DNA of 64,000 bases, from the NCBI RefSeq assembly GCF_006345805.1, contig NC_043009.1, positions 806,001 to 870,000 of the forward strand, in the 5' to 3' direction. The position numbers and the translations under genes are program-made. How positions within the stretch are numbered: position 1 is the first letter of the stretch; every line of letters starts with the position of its first letter. The DNA is from Octopus sinensis (Eukaryota). Below are positions 1 through 12,957 of the stretch, piece after piece. A model generated the notes under the pieces. That model made no database searches. It worked only from the letters and a program-made list of their open reading frames with translations, and had not been told where the DNA came from.

Positions 1-137
1 CTTCTACGGAATGAAGAGCAAGCTTTCTTCTATCATATTCTCAATTTTGGTCAACTTGCGCCGCACGGTCTCGGAGGAGATAGTGGTAGTTGAAGGCTAC
101 CAAACCTGGCACATACAGACAACTTCAGCTTTATATA
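1..137 (-). mobile_element. 5' end of a Helitron-like non-autonomous element (truncated by window edge)
   Basis: Minus strand reads ATATATAAAGCTGAAGTTGTCTGT..., the same style of terminus as 1635 (TCTTTATATAAGAGTGAAGTTGTGTGTCTG). Confidence 0.45.
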
Positions 138-665
138 TCTCTTATTATAAAAGGCAGATTTTATCTGCCTCCCTTTGTAACTTATAGAAATCTACAATAT
201 AGGATTTCTTCAATTACAATTTACCTAGCATTTTTAAGAGTAGAATGCATCGGGTCATGCCAGGTCCAGTTTTTAAAATTTAAACTCCAATTAAGCAAAA
301 TTTACAGAAAACTCACATTCTGGTGTGTATGTCAAATGCTTTTCTTAGTCTGGTTTACAGCACACGCAAACGCACACACACAGTGTGCAACGAATAAAGT
401 GTCTCTTATTATAAAAGGCAGATTTTATCTGCCTCCCTTTGTAACTTATAGAAATCTACAATATAGGATTTCTTCAATTACAATTTACCTAGCATTTTTA
501 AGAGTAGAATGCATCGGGTCATGCCAGGTCCAGTTTTTAAAATTTAAACTCCAATTAAGCAAAATTTACAGAAAACTCACATTCTGGTGTGTATGTCAAA
601 TGCTTTTCTTAGTCTGGTTTACAGCACACGCAAACGCACACACACAGTGTGCAACGAATAAAGTG
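138..665. repeat. Direct tandem duplication, 2 x 264 bp
   Basis: 138-401 repeats at 402-665; this explains the duplicated peptide in ORF 90..713. Confidence 0.95.
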
Positions 666-1014
666 AAACTAGATGTAATATTTAAAAAGAAAGCAGCAAA
701 CAGAAACAAATAAATACATAATGATTTACTCCTCACACAATTTCTTCAATTAGACTTTACCTATGATTTTTCAAAGAACTTCCATTGGTTCATGCCATAC
801 AAAATTTCTTTCAATTTCACCCCCAATTAAGACAAAATTCGAGAAAACTCAATATTTTAACATTTCACTTTGAAGCCTATTACTCCCACTTCCTCTTTAG
901 ACACATAGACACGCTAATATATACGACAGTGTCAATTGTTGACAGACATTGTAAGCTAACGTGTGTGTGTGTGTGTGCGTGTGTGTCTGTGTGTGTGTGT
1001 GCGTGTGTGTGAGG

Positions 1015-1047
<33 letters not shown>

Positions 1048-2029
1048 ACAGGGACGACCCATTCAGACTGGTCATCCTTTTTGCTAGATCACCTATGCTA
1101 CACCACTGGTTTTCAGTTCATATTAATCAAATTAATATTCACAAGAAGAAGGACTATTCATTATAATACATCAGTTCCATCGGACAACTCCACAAACATT
1201 TGCCATTTTACACATGTATGTAAACAAATTCCTTTCTTTTAGAATTTCAATTCATTTACTTTTTCAATTCATACAAAGTTATTTAGGACGAATATAACAT
1301 CCGTTTAACCCTTTCGTTACCAAACCGCCCGAATTTACCTATTCATATTTAAATGAGAATATCAGAGTAAATCTCTTTAGTACATTCGTGAAAACACGTA
1401 TTATACTTCGTAAACACTTCAAATACAGTTTTGTACAAAAATCGAAGTGTAATTTTAATTCCGTGAATTATGGGAGATTTTTTTCCGAAATTTGTTCCTA
1501 TTGTGTTTTCAAAATTTGTAATTCTGACAAAAAATGGATACGAATTTCATTATATCAAGCAGCGAGTCAGAATTCGAAGGATTTTCTACTGAAGACCTTC
1601 ATAAATCTAACTCTATGACTGAAAAAAAAAAGCATCTTTATATAAGAGTGAAGTTGTGTGTCTGTCTGCTACGATTTAGATTCGTAACTACTCCCACATT
1701 TTGCGGTGCAGTTTAACCAAAAGCGGGTATCTTATAGTCGTGATTCATATCGAGCCCTTCTGGGTATTAGCGCGCGTCTACGATGAGTCTACGATTTAAA
1801 AAAAATTTACCATCGTATTTTTCCATTTTAATGCATTTTTTTCGCTTTTATATAAGGGAAGTAACTCTCTAAAAATATCTACGATGTGTCAACGATTTAA
1901 AAAAAAATTTACCTTAATTTTTTTTCAATTTTTAATGCATTTTTTTGCTATTTTTTGGCTATAACTCTCTAAAAATGCTTATATAGTTATTTCCCTTACA
2001 ATCCGAGCAACGCCGGGCGATACTGCTAG
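138..2029 (+). mobile_element. Composite non-autonomous Helitron-like element (copy 1) containing a piggyBac left end
   Basis: A|TCTCTTATTATAAAA start; subterminal GC hairpin CCGAGCAACGCCGGG and CTAG|T end; 264-bp tandem duplication at 138-665; piggyBac end at 1309-1634; inner Helitron 5' end at 1635. Homologous inverted copy at 29495-30668. Confidence 0.75.
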
Positions 2030-2287
2030 TATATATATTATATATATAAGGGAGAGGAGAAGAGGGTTGAAAAGGGAAAGCAAGAATAGAAACGAAATGA
2101 AGGAGAGTATAAGGAAAAGGGAATGTGAAAATGAGGAAGGGAGAAGGTAAAGAGAAAATAGGAAAAGAAAGAAGAAACGAGAGATGAAAGAAATAATGAA
2201 TTGAACAGAATTAGTTTTATTGATCTCAAGATTTAATAGTGCCTAACACACACACACACGCGTTATACTGAATTGACAGGGTCTTAA

Positions 2288-2505
2288 CCCATTAGCCTTT
2301 AAACCGGCCATATCTGGTCAAAATAGTCTACCTGCTTTATGTTCAAACTGGCCAGATCCAGCCTCTCTCACCTCCCCTACAATGTCATTGTAAAAATGAT
2401 CACATCACCGAAATCTTGAAGCTACAGGATAATGCATGCATAATTAAAAACAAAGTGAATTTTCAAAAGCATTACATTTGACCGAGGAATCTGAATGCTA
2501 GCGGG
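2288..2505. mobile_element. piggyBac-like MITE
   Basis: TTAA|CCCATTAGC ... GCTAGCGGG|TCAA; a related fragment lies at ~17837-17890. Confidence 0.65.
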
Positions 2506-3433
2506 TCAAGCTGACAAACAGTCTGGCAGTAGAGGTGGTCACTAATGCTGACCCATTGACCATAGATACAATGTCGTGCCAGCAGGAAATTATTAAGCCC
2601 CTATTGAGGCTCTTTTTGACAGCTTGACATGGGAATCGAACTGACCGGTTTTCATCATTACTAAAGAACTTTTCGAGGTATAATTAAATTGCCTTGCTAA
2701 GATACCGTACGCAATGGAAGACAACTAATTAAGATGTAAAAAAAAAATGTTCCTCAACTCAACTCATTTACATAATTGCTTCGAACTTTGGAACATAGCC
2801 ACCAATTTTGAAGGGAGCAGGAAAGCCGACTACTTCAACTCAAATGCTTATTTTATCGATGCCCCCAAAAATATGAAAGGCATTTAAATTCAAAATGTAA
2901 AGATCCAGCAGAAATGCTACAAAGCAATTTGTCCGGCATGCTAACAATTCCACCAGCTCCCCACTTTAGCTAATTGACATAATTAGATCCGCTTAACAGC
3001 CAGATGATAATTACTGAGAATGAAACTGGCTGGTTTCATTCTCACCCAAATTGCCAAAAAGGTCTCACCTTTAGTCCAATTTCATAGTTAGACTATGTTT
3101 GTATGAACTTATTTACTGGCAATTTACTCAACACATTCGTTTTCAAGACATCGTTGCCCTTCAGTACAAAGCGAAAAGTAACACTAACGGCAATAAAGAG
3201 CGTTACAAAAAAAAGGAATCAAATGATAAGAGATCCTGGCACAAAACATAGATATTTAGTCAGCTGTTAATATCAAATATGTATTTAATGTTAGTGGTTT
3301 GGATTGTCTCACATATCGCATAATAGATTTTTTAGTTGGTTTTTCGCAAGAAATCTGCAGCTGTAGTCGTAGATGTTAGAGTATTTATTGATTGCAAATA
3401 TAACAGTACAATACTTTTATAACATGACTTACG

Positions 3434-3850
3434 GGATCTTTTCGGTTTGAACGGCAGTTTTTTCTAGCGGTGTCAAATGAAAATGTCACCCATAATTATG
3501 ACCCTAGTATCGATCTATTGCATTTCAATCTGTTTTAGGGTTAGGGTTAGGATTAGGGGTGGGGGGAAGGGTATCTTTTTTCTTCACAAATGTAAATAAA
3601 CCCAATCTGTTTCTTAAACGAGGGACATATTCATACGGCACAGAATGTTTTTTACCTCAATTGACGTCAGTGATTGGTTGAAATTGCAGAAATTGAAGAA
3701 AAAATAAATATCTTACAAACTATAGAATTTTCTCAATAAAGCCAAGAGAAAAAGATGTTTTATAAACACATTCTACCAGTACACGAAGTTTAAAATTTTT
3801 TAGTTACCTAGAAATTATGTTAAAAACTGCCGTTCAAACAGAAAAGATCC
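3434..3850. mobile_element. MITE with ~30-bp TIRs and 8-bp TSD (Merlin-like)
   Basis: TIRs GGATCTTTTCGGTTTGAACGGCAGTTTTT / AAAAACTGCCGTTCAAACAGAAAAGATCC; perfect TSD GACTTACG at 3426-3433 and 3851-3858. Confidence 0.85.
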
Positions 3851-4801
3851 GACTTACGTTTTGAAACAAACACAGTGGCAACTACAAGACATTTGGCGGA
3901 AGTGCCATAAGGCCTTAGTCAAATACTTCATCTTTTACTTGTTTCAATCATTAGACTGCAGCTATGTTGGGGCTCCACCTTGCGGAGTTTTTAGTCGAAC
4001 GAATCGGCTTTTTTTTTTTCTTCAAGCCTGGTACTTATTCAATCGGTCTTTTGCCGAACGTGGATGTAAACAAACCAATATCAGTTGTTTCACACACACA
4101 CACACATACACAAATATGTGTAGATATGTTTATATTCGACGGGCTTCTTTCAGAACATTTTTTCACTTTGTAGTTTGTTTTTTTGTTTTTTTTCAAATGT
4201 TACACCGCTTTCGTTTTGTCCCAGAGCTCAAGGATGCTTTGAATATGAACGTGATGAACAAAATTACGTTATTTTTCCATAATCCACTCTGTAGTGATAA
4301 GCTACAAACCATTGGTCATATCCAAGACTAAACTTCACTAGTTCAACAGTAATCAAGTACCATGATGCATAAGAGCAGTTTAATAACAAAAGCAACCACA
4401 ACTTGTCTTGCAGTGTAAACGCTTCAGTTATGGAACCGCTGGGCCCGGAGGAAGGGAGACCACTCCAGTGTGTGTCCCCCAGTATTCCACCGCATCGACT
4501 TCGATTCATCTCTCTAATCTTCAAAACTGGGCAAGATCTCGCCACGCCAATGGAAGCATTTCATTTTATCGTTTTTTTTTTATGGTTAAGAAAGGTAAAA
4601 CGAAGAAAACTAGAGAGGAATAAGTTTTCAGTAATTTAACACAACGTGGAGATCTATTATTAGAATTATCGCAGACGATAAGATGGCCGTATCAGCAAAC
4701 TTGATAAAGTAAACGTTAAACAACTATAATGTGTGTGGGGGGGGGGGGCACCCTTAGTCACATTTAGTGACGATTGAATTTTTTCTTTATGGTATTATAT
4801 T

Positions 4802-5034
4802 TATTTATTTTATTACCCACAAGGGGCTAAACACAGAGGGGACAAACAAAGACAGACAAATGGATTAAATCGATTACATCGACCCCGTGCGTAACTGGTA
4901 CTTAATTTATCGACCCCGAAAGGATGAAAGGCAAAGCCGACCTCGGCAGAATTTGAACTCAGAATGTAAAGACAGACGAAATACTGCTAAACATTTTGTC
5001 CGACGTGCTAACGTTTCTGCCAGCTCGCCGCCTT
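4802..5034 (-). mobile_element. tRNA-derived SINE family B with 24-bp TSD
   Basis: Head GGCGGCGAGCTGGCAGAA, B-box-like GAGTTCAAATTC, core CTTTGCCTTTCATCCTTTCGGGGTCGATAAA; TSD at 4778-4801 and 5035-5058 (1 mismatch). Confidence 0.85.
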
Positions 5035-5684
5035 ATTTTTTCTTTGTGGTATTATATTGCGCCTAACTTGATTATATGCTGCTGTCACGTGACCAGCGGC
5101 CAGTTATTCTTTTTCTTCCTTTCTTAGACTGGTCCCTTAGCTGACCAGTCGCAAATTCTCTGTCTCTCCGTTCTCCATCCTTCGAGACATTTTTCTAAGC
5201 CTTACCCACTATTCTCGTCTCCCTTGCCCCAACACCATATTTTGTTCGACTGTTCGTCCCCGTCCACCCACACTCGGTGTTGTTTTACTTATTTTGTTTT
5301 GTTTGCACTTGTCTCTAATTCTCCGCAAGAAATTTTATTCTTTTTCCAGGTGCCGCCATTTGAGAAGCACTCAGTCTATTGTTAAAGGGGCTCAACTGAA
5401 CAATTGGTCAATAACTGATGAAGAATCATGGACCTTCACTTTGTCTCCCATTCGTTTTTACATCGTTTTTTATACATTTTTTTCATTTGTAATGAACGCA
5501 ACACACACCGAATACATAATCTGGAAGGAAAAAAAACTCCGAATGACCCATCCTTGTTTTCTTTGTGTCGTCCATCTGGATGTTTTGTTGTCCCTTTTTT
5601 TGTATCACCTAGTTGTCCGGATGTTTTGCGTTCTTGTCCCGTTTTGTATTTTTTTTATATATAATATATATATATATATATATC

Positions 5685-5990
5685 TTTTACTCTTTTACTT
5701 GTTTCAGTCATCTGACTGCGGCCATGCTGGAGCACCGCCTTTAGTAGAGCAAATCGACCCTAGGACTTATTCTTTGTAAGCCTAGTACTTATTGTATCGG
5801 TCTATTTTGCCGAACCGCTAAGTTATGGGGACGTAAACACACCAGCATCGGTCGTCAAGCTATTTGGGGGGGGGGGTGACAAACACAAACACACATACAT
5901 AGTAGAAAACTCTTGGCCAAGGTGTCACGCAGTGGGAATGAACCCAGAACATTATGGTTGGTAAGCAAGCTACTTACCACACAGCCACTC
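5685..5990 (-). mobile_element. tRNA-derived SINE family A (internally deleted)
   Basis: Shares head GTGGCTGTGTGGTAAGTAGCTTGC and tail CCAGCATGGCCGCAGTC...GAAACAAGTAAAAGA with the 16000-16412 and 32305-32697 copies. Confidence 0.8.
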
Positions 5991-7049
5991 TATACATTAT
6001 ATATAAATACACACACACACACACAAGTACTGAAGCTCTTATCCGGAATAACCAGAAATCCAGCTATTTTTCAAACTGGCTAGCTTTGAATTTCGCAGGC
6101 TGTAGTTGTCCGCCACGTGGCCGCTTTGTTTTGGTTTCCATATGCGTCACATGACACCAGTTCCTGCATGACTGCTGCTGTGTATTATTTTGTGCCTGTA
6201 TCTCTTAAATAAAATTATGTTCTTCACTTTTCTTTGTTTCTTTTTCATCCTACATATACGTGGTACAGTATTCTATAATTGAAGTTTTAAGAAATTTAAG
6301 TGGCTTAATAAAGATCATCAGATCTGCTTTAGAAATGTATTCATTTGTATATGTTATACAATTTTGTTCTTTACTTTTCGTTATTTACTTTATATTTACG
6401 GTATATATTTAGCCTGTGTCCAGTATTCTGGACCACCACTGGTCCCAAGGTTGCTGGATAAGAGGTTCTGTACCTGTGTCTAGTTTAACTGTTTATCTCG
6501 AAGAGAGAGTTTCGGGACATGGCGATCTTCAAGCGAAAACTCAATTCATTGGTCATATAATTATTGTTATTATCATTCCAGGTCAGATCAGATGACTGAT
6601 ATCGGTTCAAAGCAGGATATTATGAAACTAAATAAGCCAATAGGTTAATAGCTCTTTACAAATACACACATATACATTTTAACTCTATATTTTTTTATAT
6701 TGAGCACTTTGTCCTTTGACATATATAACTTGTCTGATCTAATACACACACACAGTACATTCACTCATGCATATACAAGATCAAGGGTAGCTGATAAAAT
6801 ATCAGATAACTTAACATCTACATACTATCTATGTCACAGTCAAATTGCCTATCAATAAATACTGCAAGTTAGGAACAACTCCATCACTGTAAGCAGAAAC
6901 AAAACTGAAAGATTGGCTATTCCAATACTCAGTCTCTCGTACAAGTGCAGGAACTATCCGAACATTTTGGCCTGTAATGTTGTTACTAAATTTGGATAAA
7001 TTTTGATTCAACTTTAAATCAGTGACACACTCATGTGTGTGTACCTGCT

Positions 7050-8760
7050 CAACTGGCACTGATTTCATCAACCCCCAAAAAGATAAAAGGTGACCTCAGT
7101 GAAATTTGAACACGGCATAAAGACGGGCAAAACGCCACTAAGCATTTTGTTCGCGACCTTAGTAATAATAATAATAATAATAGTCCCTTCTACAATAAGC
7201 ACAAGGCCTGCAACTTTGGAGGAGGGGTATATTTGATCACATCAACCTCAGAGCTCGACTTATGCTTTATTTCATCAACCCTAGAAGTCGACCTCGGCAG
7301 AATTTGAACTCAGAATGTAAAATGCTGTAAAATGTGGTTCTATGCATTTTGTCCCGACTCACTAACAATTCTGCCAGCTTGCTACTTCAGCAATGATAAT
7401 GGTTTCAAATTTTGGTACAAGGACAGCAATTTCGGGGGAGGGGGAATAAGTCAATTACGTCAACCCCCAGTACTCAACTGGTACTTATTTTACTCATTTT
7501 TCACAGCTTACTAACGAGTCTACCAGCTCGCCGCCTTAATAATAATAATAATAATAATCCTTTCTATTATAGGCAGAAGGTTTGAAATTTGGGAGCAGGG
7601 GGTTAGTCGATTACATCGAGCCATGCTCAACTGGTACTTATTTCATCGACCCCGAAGGGAAGAAAGGCAAAGCCGACCTCAATGGAATTTGAACTCAGAA
7701 CGTAGTGACGGGTAAAATACTGCTAAGCATTTGGTCCAGCGTGCTAACAATTCTGCCAGCTCGCCACCTTAATAATAATAATAATGATAATAGAAAGGGA
7801 TTCTTTGGGGTTTGATTAATTCACCTCTGGAAACATGGGTGTTTCATTCAACATCCTTAAATAACCCTTATTCAGGGACCTTTTGAGCGGAATGGGTTAC
7901 TCAACCAGAAGAGAATTCTAACTGGGCCCTATCTGCAAGGTCATGTCTATTTATCTTGATATGAGATCACCATGTCGCGCACACATGGTTGTGATGCATA
8001 TATCTAGTGTATCCTTATCAGACGGGTAGTCATGATGGGTATACTTTACCCCCAGTGTCACTTTGATGGCAGACACGGCTCTCTCACTCAACAATAATAA
8101 TATTTTCTGGTAAAAGTACAAGACCTGAAATTTGGGGGGAGGGGGACTAGTCAATTACATCAGCCCCAGTACTCAAATGGAACTTATTTTATCGAGCCCC
8201 GAAATGATGAAAAGCAAAGTCAATTTGAACTCAGAACATAAGACAAAATGAAGTGAAGCATTTTGTTCAACTGGCTGACGATTCTGCCAGCTCACTGCTT
8301 TATTAATAATAATAGTAGTAATTATCTTTGTTATAGCTACAATGATTCTGCCAGCTCACCACAGTAGTAGTTGTTGTTGTTGTTGTTTAAGCACAAGACT
8401 ATTAATTCTGAGTGGAAGGGATTAGTCAAACTGGTCCTCCGTCGGTTACGATGACGGATGTCCCTGCTCATGAAATTAACATGCAAGTGGCTGAGCACTC
8501 TGCAGACATGCTTGCTCTTAACGTAGTTCTCAGGGAGATTCAGCGTGACACAGAATGTGACAAGGCTAGTCCCTTTGAAAATACAGATGCCATTCATTTT
8601 TTTGCCAGCTGAGCAGACTGGAGCAACATGAAATAAAGCATCTTGCTCAAAGACACAACACACCGCCGGGAATCGAACTCACGTCCTTATGAACTTGAGC
8701 CAAATACCCTAACCACTAAGCCACACGCTTCCAATTACACCAACCCCAGTACATGACTGG
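7050..8760 (-). mobile_element. Cluster of stacked SINE copies (mostly family B) separated by (AAT)n tails
   Basis: Repeated AATTTGAACTCAGAA and CTGCCAGCTC motifs at ~7100, 7300, 7690 and 8225. Confidence 0.75.
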
Positions 8761-8811
8761 TACTTTAAATCATCAACCCCAGATAATGGTAGTGGTGCTA
8801 AAACTTTAAAC

Positions 8812-9144
8812 CAGGCCTGACCAACTCAAATTACATTGCAGGCTACTTTAATCACAGAAAGTTTATTGAGGGCTGCTTGTATACTGACAGAATTGAAAGC
8901 ATTTAGATTTCTTGTGCTATTATTACAATAATGAGTGAATGATCGTTGAGTCAACATGAAATATAATCGTTGCAAAAACAGTATCTTTCTTTCTTTTTTT
9001 AATTTTCATTACAATCTTTAATTGTTGATAATTTTTTTTTAATGTTTGTTTAAATAAACCCATTTCAAGAAAGTATCAAGTGGGCCACAATATAAAAGTC
9101 TGCAGGCCACATGCGGCCCACGGGACTCAGGTTGGCCGGCCCTG
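8812..9144. mobile_element. hAT (Charlie-like) MITE
   Basis: CAGGCCTGACCAAC ... GTTGGCCGGCCCTG termini; perfect 8-bp TSD CTTTAAAC at 8804-8811 and 9145-9152. Confidence 0.85.
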
Positions 9145-11615
9145 CTTTAAACTACTGGCTACATTCTCAAGTAATGAACTACAGCATCCAGTCACAGATT
9201 GTGCTTGTGACGGCAAAAAGTTATGAAGTATTCTAACGATTTTAATTATAATTAAGAAATTGGTGCTTATTAAGCATAATTAATACTAACTGTGATAATA
9301 ACTGTTTTTGTCTTATGTGTCTAATTGGGAGATTTTATTAATAATAATAAAATTATATAAAAATGTGCAAGAATATTGTGATCTATGATTTTTTTTTAAT
9401 GGAAAATAAAAACAAAGTTTGTGTTAGACTTTCAAGTCAGCAAGCTGTGGCTGTGCTGGAGCACTGCTTGTATTTGTGAAATATGTACATTTTCAAAGAT
9501 TTCTTTTTCATCTCTAAGAAATGTATAAAAGGTTAAGTGGAAAACAAGAAATAAAGCTAAAACAAAAAAGTGGTGGACAACAAAAGTAACCAAATTCATT
9601 AATGGTTTTTTTTAAATTATTTAATTAAATTAAATTCATTAATTAAATAATTAAAAAAGTAGAAGCTTTTCAAGGGCTAAAAAGCTTCTGAGTTTTTGGT
9701 TTTTCCCTGTTTCTTATGTAGATGAGAGATAAATCTTCACCTGGATAGGATGCTGGTCTATCATAAGCAACATTCCCAGATGAATACAGCATTTATTCAC
9801 CTCTACCCATGCAAACTGTGGTAATGTAGATTATAAGGTTTTGTCCAGAATTCGAATGAAACATCTATACTGGAATTTGAACTGACAAACTATTTGTGGG
9901 CAACGGGTGGAGAACTGTAGTAAGGTGGGGGTGAATAACTGGTAGTGACCAATGGAAAAGTGGGCAACTGGAGGAGAGCAGCTTCAGGTGGAACAACGGT
10001 AAAGAGCAATGGTAAGGTGGACAACTGATAGAGAATGATGATAAGGGGTGCAAATGATGGAGACGGCTCTCAAGTGGGGTTAAGTGGTGGAGAGCTACAG
10101 TAAGGTGCACAAGGGGTAGGAAACTGTAAAATGATGGGAAGAGAATGTCAGTCTACACAAGTGATGGTGAGATGAGTGGGGCAGGTCAAGGTCAACGGGG
10201 GGGAGGGAACACAGGACAGTTTGGGCAACTGATGCAAGAACAAACTGCCAATCAAACCTCATTCAAATGAGGTAATTCTGACCACCTCCACAGAATATTT
10301 ATTCCTCTGTTTTGCTTATCATTGACACATGTCCTGTATAGATACAATATGTCATTATCTAGCAGAACTCTCAGCCACAGAGTGACAGCCTTCAGATTGT
10401 CAGAGGTCCACTCCTGGTATGAGCCATCAACATACCGCAGGTTCACTTCACCCGTTACTCATACAAGCCATGAGGACCCAGCAGTATATATGCATTTGTA
10501 TATGTAAATATATGAGTATACCCAATATGTATGTGTACATGTGTATGTGTGTGTGGATTAAATGTATAAAGGTGCAAACATGTACAATAGTGTATGTGTA
10601 GATGAAGAGACTAGCATGTGAATGTGTAGCCATGTGTGTGTGTGGTGTGTGTCTTTCTCTAATTCCTTGTAATCATAGTATTTCAAAAATTAACAGCAAT
10701 TAAATTTTAAAGCAGTGTCAGTCAGGTGAAGGAGTGGGGTGGGCAAGAAGCAAAAATGGGAGGATAAAAAAAAGGGTGGTGAGTGTAGGGTCATGACGAA
10801 ACCATACAGAAAACAAAAATGCAAAAAAAACGTGGTAAAAAAAATATCAAAAAAACACACAGCGATGTGTCAGGGTGTTCACGCAACTAAAACTAAATTA
10901 CACAGAATTGTGGAATGTTGATTAGTTGTCATGCAGTTAATTGTCAGTAACAAACCCACAGCAATGTACAGGAGTTCTCACAACCATCTGCTTGTTGTCT
11001 CTCATACACACACACAACATTCAAATACATACATTCATGCATACACATGCACACACAAAAATAATATCATTGTCGTCGTCATCATTTAGCATCTGGTTTG
11101 ACCAAAACTAGTAAACTGGAGAACTGCACTAGGTTCCAATCTGATTTGGTGCAGCTCTCCAGCTTACCAGTTTCAATCAAACTATATACACACACACACA
11201 CACATATATATATGTCTTCCCTTCCTTGGATCTTTCCTTTCCTGAGCGTCCAATAACACTATACTTGTTCCACGTCCTCGCGTTGTTGTGTTTTCTCTTT
11301 GTGTTTTCATGTTTGGATTAACTTTATATATATATATATCATCATCATCGTTTAACGTTCGCTTTCTATGCTGGCATGGGTTGGACGACTTGACTGAGGA
11401 CTGGCGAACCAGATGGCTGCACCAGGCTCCAATCTGATCTGGCAGTTTCTACAGCTGGATGCCCTTCCTAACAGGCATATATATATATATATATATATAC
11501 ATATACATACATACATATATGCGCGCGCGCACGCACGCACGCACACGCACACACACACACACACACGTGCACGTGCACACACGCACACACACACACACAC
11601 ACACACGTATACTAA

Positions 11616-12350
11616 CCCTTTCATTACCAAACCGCCCAAAAAACATTTTGCTTCATGTGACCAAACCACCCAAACCCGCCCGTATTTACCTATTCATATT
11701 TAAATGAGAATATCAGAGCAAATCTCTTCAGTACATTCGTGAAAACACGTGATTATACTTCGTAAACAGTTCAACTACAGTTTTGTACAACGATCGAAGT
11801 GTAATTTTAATTCCGTGAATTTTGGGAGATTTTTTTCCGAAATTGGTTCCTATTGTGTTTTCAAAATTTGTAATTCTGACAAAAAATGGATACGAATTTC
11901 ATTATATCAAGCAGCGAGTCAGAATTCGAAGGCTTTTCTACTGAAGACCTTGATAAATCTAACTCTATGACTGAAAAAAAAAAGCACATGGTATTTGATA
12001 ATGAATCCGATGTTTCATTTTCCGAAAATGAAAGCAGTGAATCCGAGAGCTCCGACAGCGATAAAGAAAATGAATTGGCACCTGAATGGAGTGAAAATTT
12101 AAAAACTGTTTCTTTCGGTGATTTTTCTGAAGAAACTGGACCAAGCCACAGTCTTTCCCAGGAGAGTAAAGCCTTAGACTATTTCTTTTTACATTTTCGA
12201 ATGAGCCTATTTGAAATCAATTACGCTAAATGTAAACAAAGCGAAAGAAAGGATAGTTTGTTATTTCCCACAACCTTAAATGAAATTAAGGCCTATTTTG
12301 CCATAAATATTATTATGGGTATCAGAAAGTTACCCAGAATAACAAATTCT
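11616..12350 (+). mobile_element. piggyBac left end plus truncated transposase N-terminus
   Basis: CTAA|CCCTTTCATTACC terminus. ORF 11886..12380 has an acidic N-terminus followed by FSEETGP...LDYFFL...NYA...PTTLNEIKAYFAINIIMGIRKLP, typical of piggyBac/PGBD transposases. No DDD core present. Confidence 0.85.
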
Positions 12351-12957
12351 ATAGTAAAATTTTGTTGTATACCCAATTGAATATTAGTTAATAACCCATT
12401 TTCTATAGCAATGTCACCTGGATGTCATAGACAAGCAAAATAACTCACATCAGGACCCATTCAGGATTGACAGACATCGATGTTTTGTCATTTTTGTGAC
12501 TTGTCAATACCACATACCTGAAACAAAGCCTGATGTAAGCTAAGTAGCTGGCTATAACTATGTATACATATATATCACTTTTCTCTTTTCTCTTACTTGT
12601 TTCAGTCATTGGACTGCAGCCATGCTGGGGCACTGCACTGAAGGGTTTTAATCATACAAGTCAACTCCAGTTCTTACATTTAAAAAAAAAAAAAACTTGT
12701 TCTATCAGTCTCTTTTGCTGAACCAGGCAGGGTTGTAAATAAACTAACACCAGTTGTGAAGCAGTGATGGGGTGACGAACATAAAGACACACACACATCA
12801 TCATCATTTAACATCCATTTTCCATACTGGCATGGGTTGAGCGGTTCGATAAAAGCTGGCAAGCCAGACAACCAGCCTTCGTCGTCTGTTTTGGTGTGGA
12901 TTGTACAGCTAGATATCCTTCCTAACTCCATATATATTATATTATATATATATATAT

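Noticed and set aside
90-713. 207-aa ORF with an internal repeat
   Set aside because: By-product of the 264-bp (multiple of 3) duplication of a non-coding Helitron end; non-ATG start.
2510-3010. Unique sequence with TAATTA/TGACAG motifs, possible enhancer or exon
   Set aside because: These short motifs are expected by chance in AT-rich DNA, and I found no convincing splice pair or recognisable peptide.
5084-5093. Perfect GTCACGTGAC palindrome (CLEAR/E-box)
   Set aside because: No gene start can be linked to it, and it lies in what looks like repeat-derived sequence.
5415-5440. CTGATGAAG hammerhead-like half core
   Set aside because: No downstream stem II plus GAAA is recognisable.
6829-7071. 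80-aa minus-strand ORF
   Set aside because: Starts inside a SINE remnant; no recognisable domain or splice support.
10252-10446. ORF NLRYVDGSYQEW..., possible exon or RT/endonuclease relic
   Set aside because: Only faint resemblance to a LINE endonuclease start; too decayed to call.
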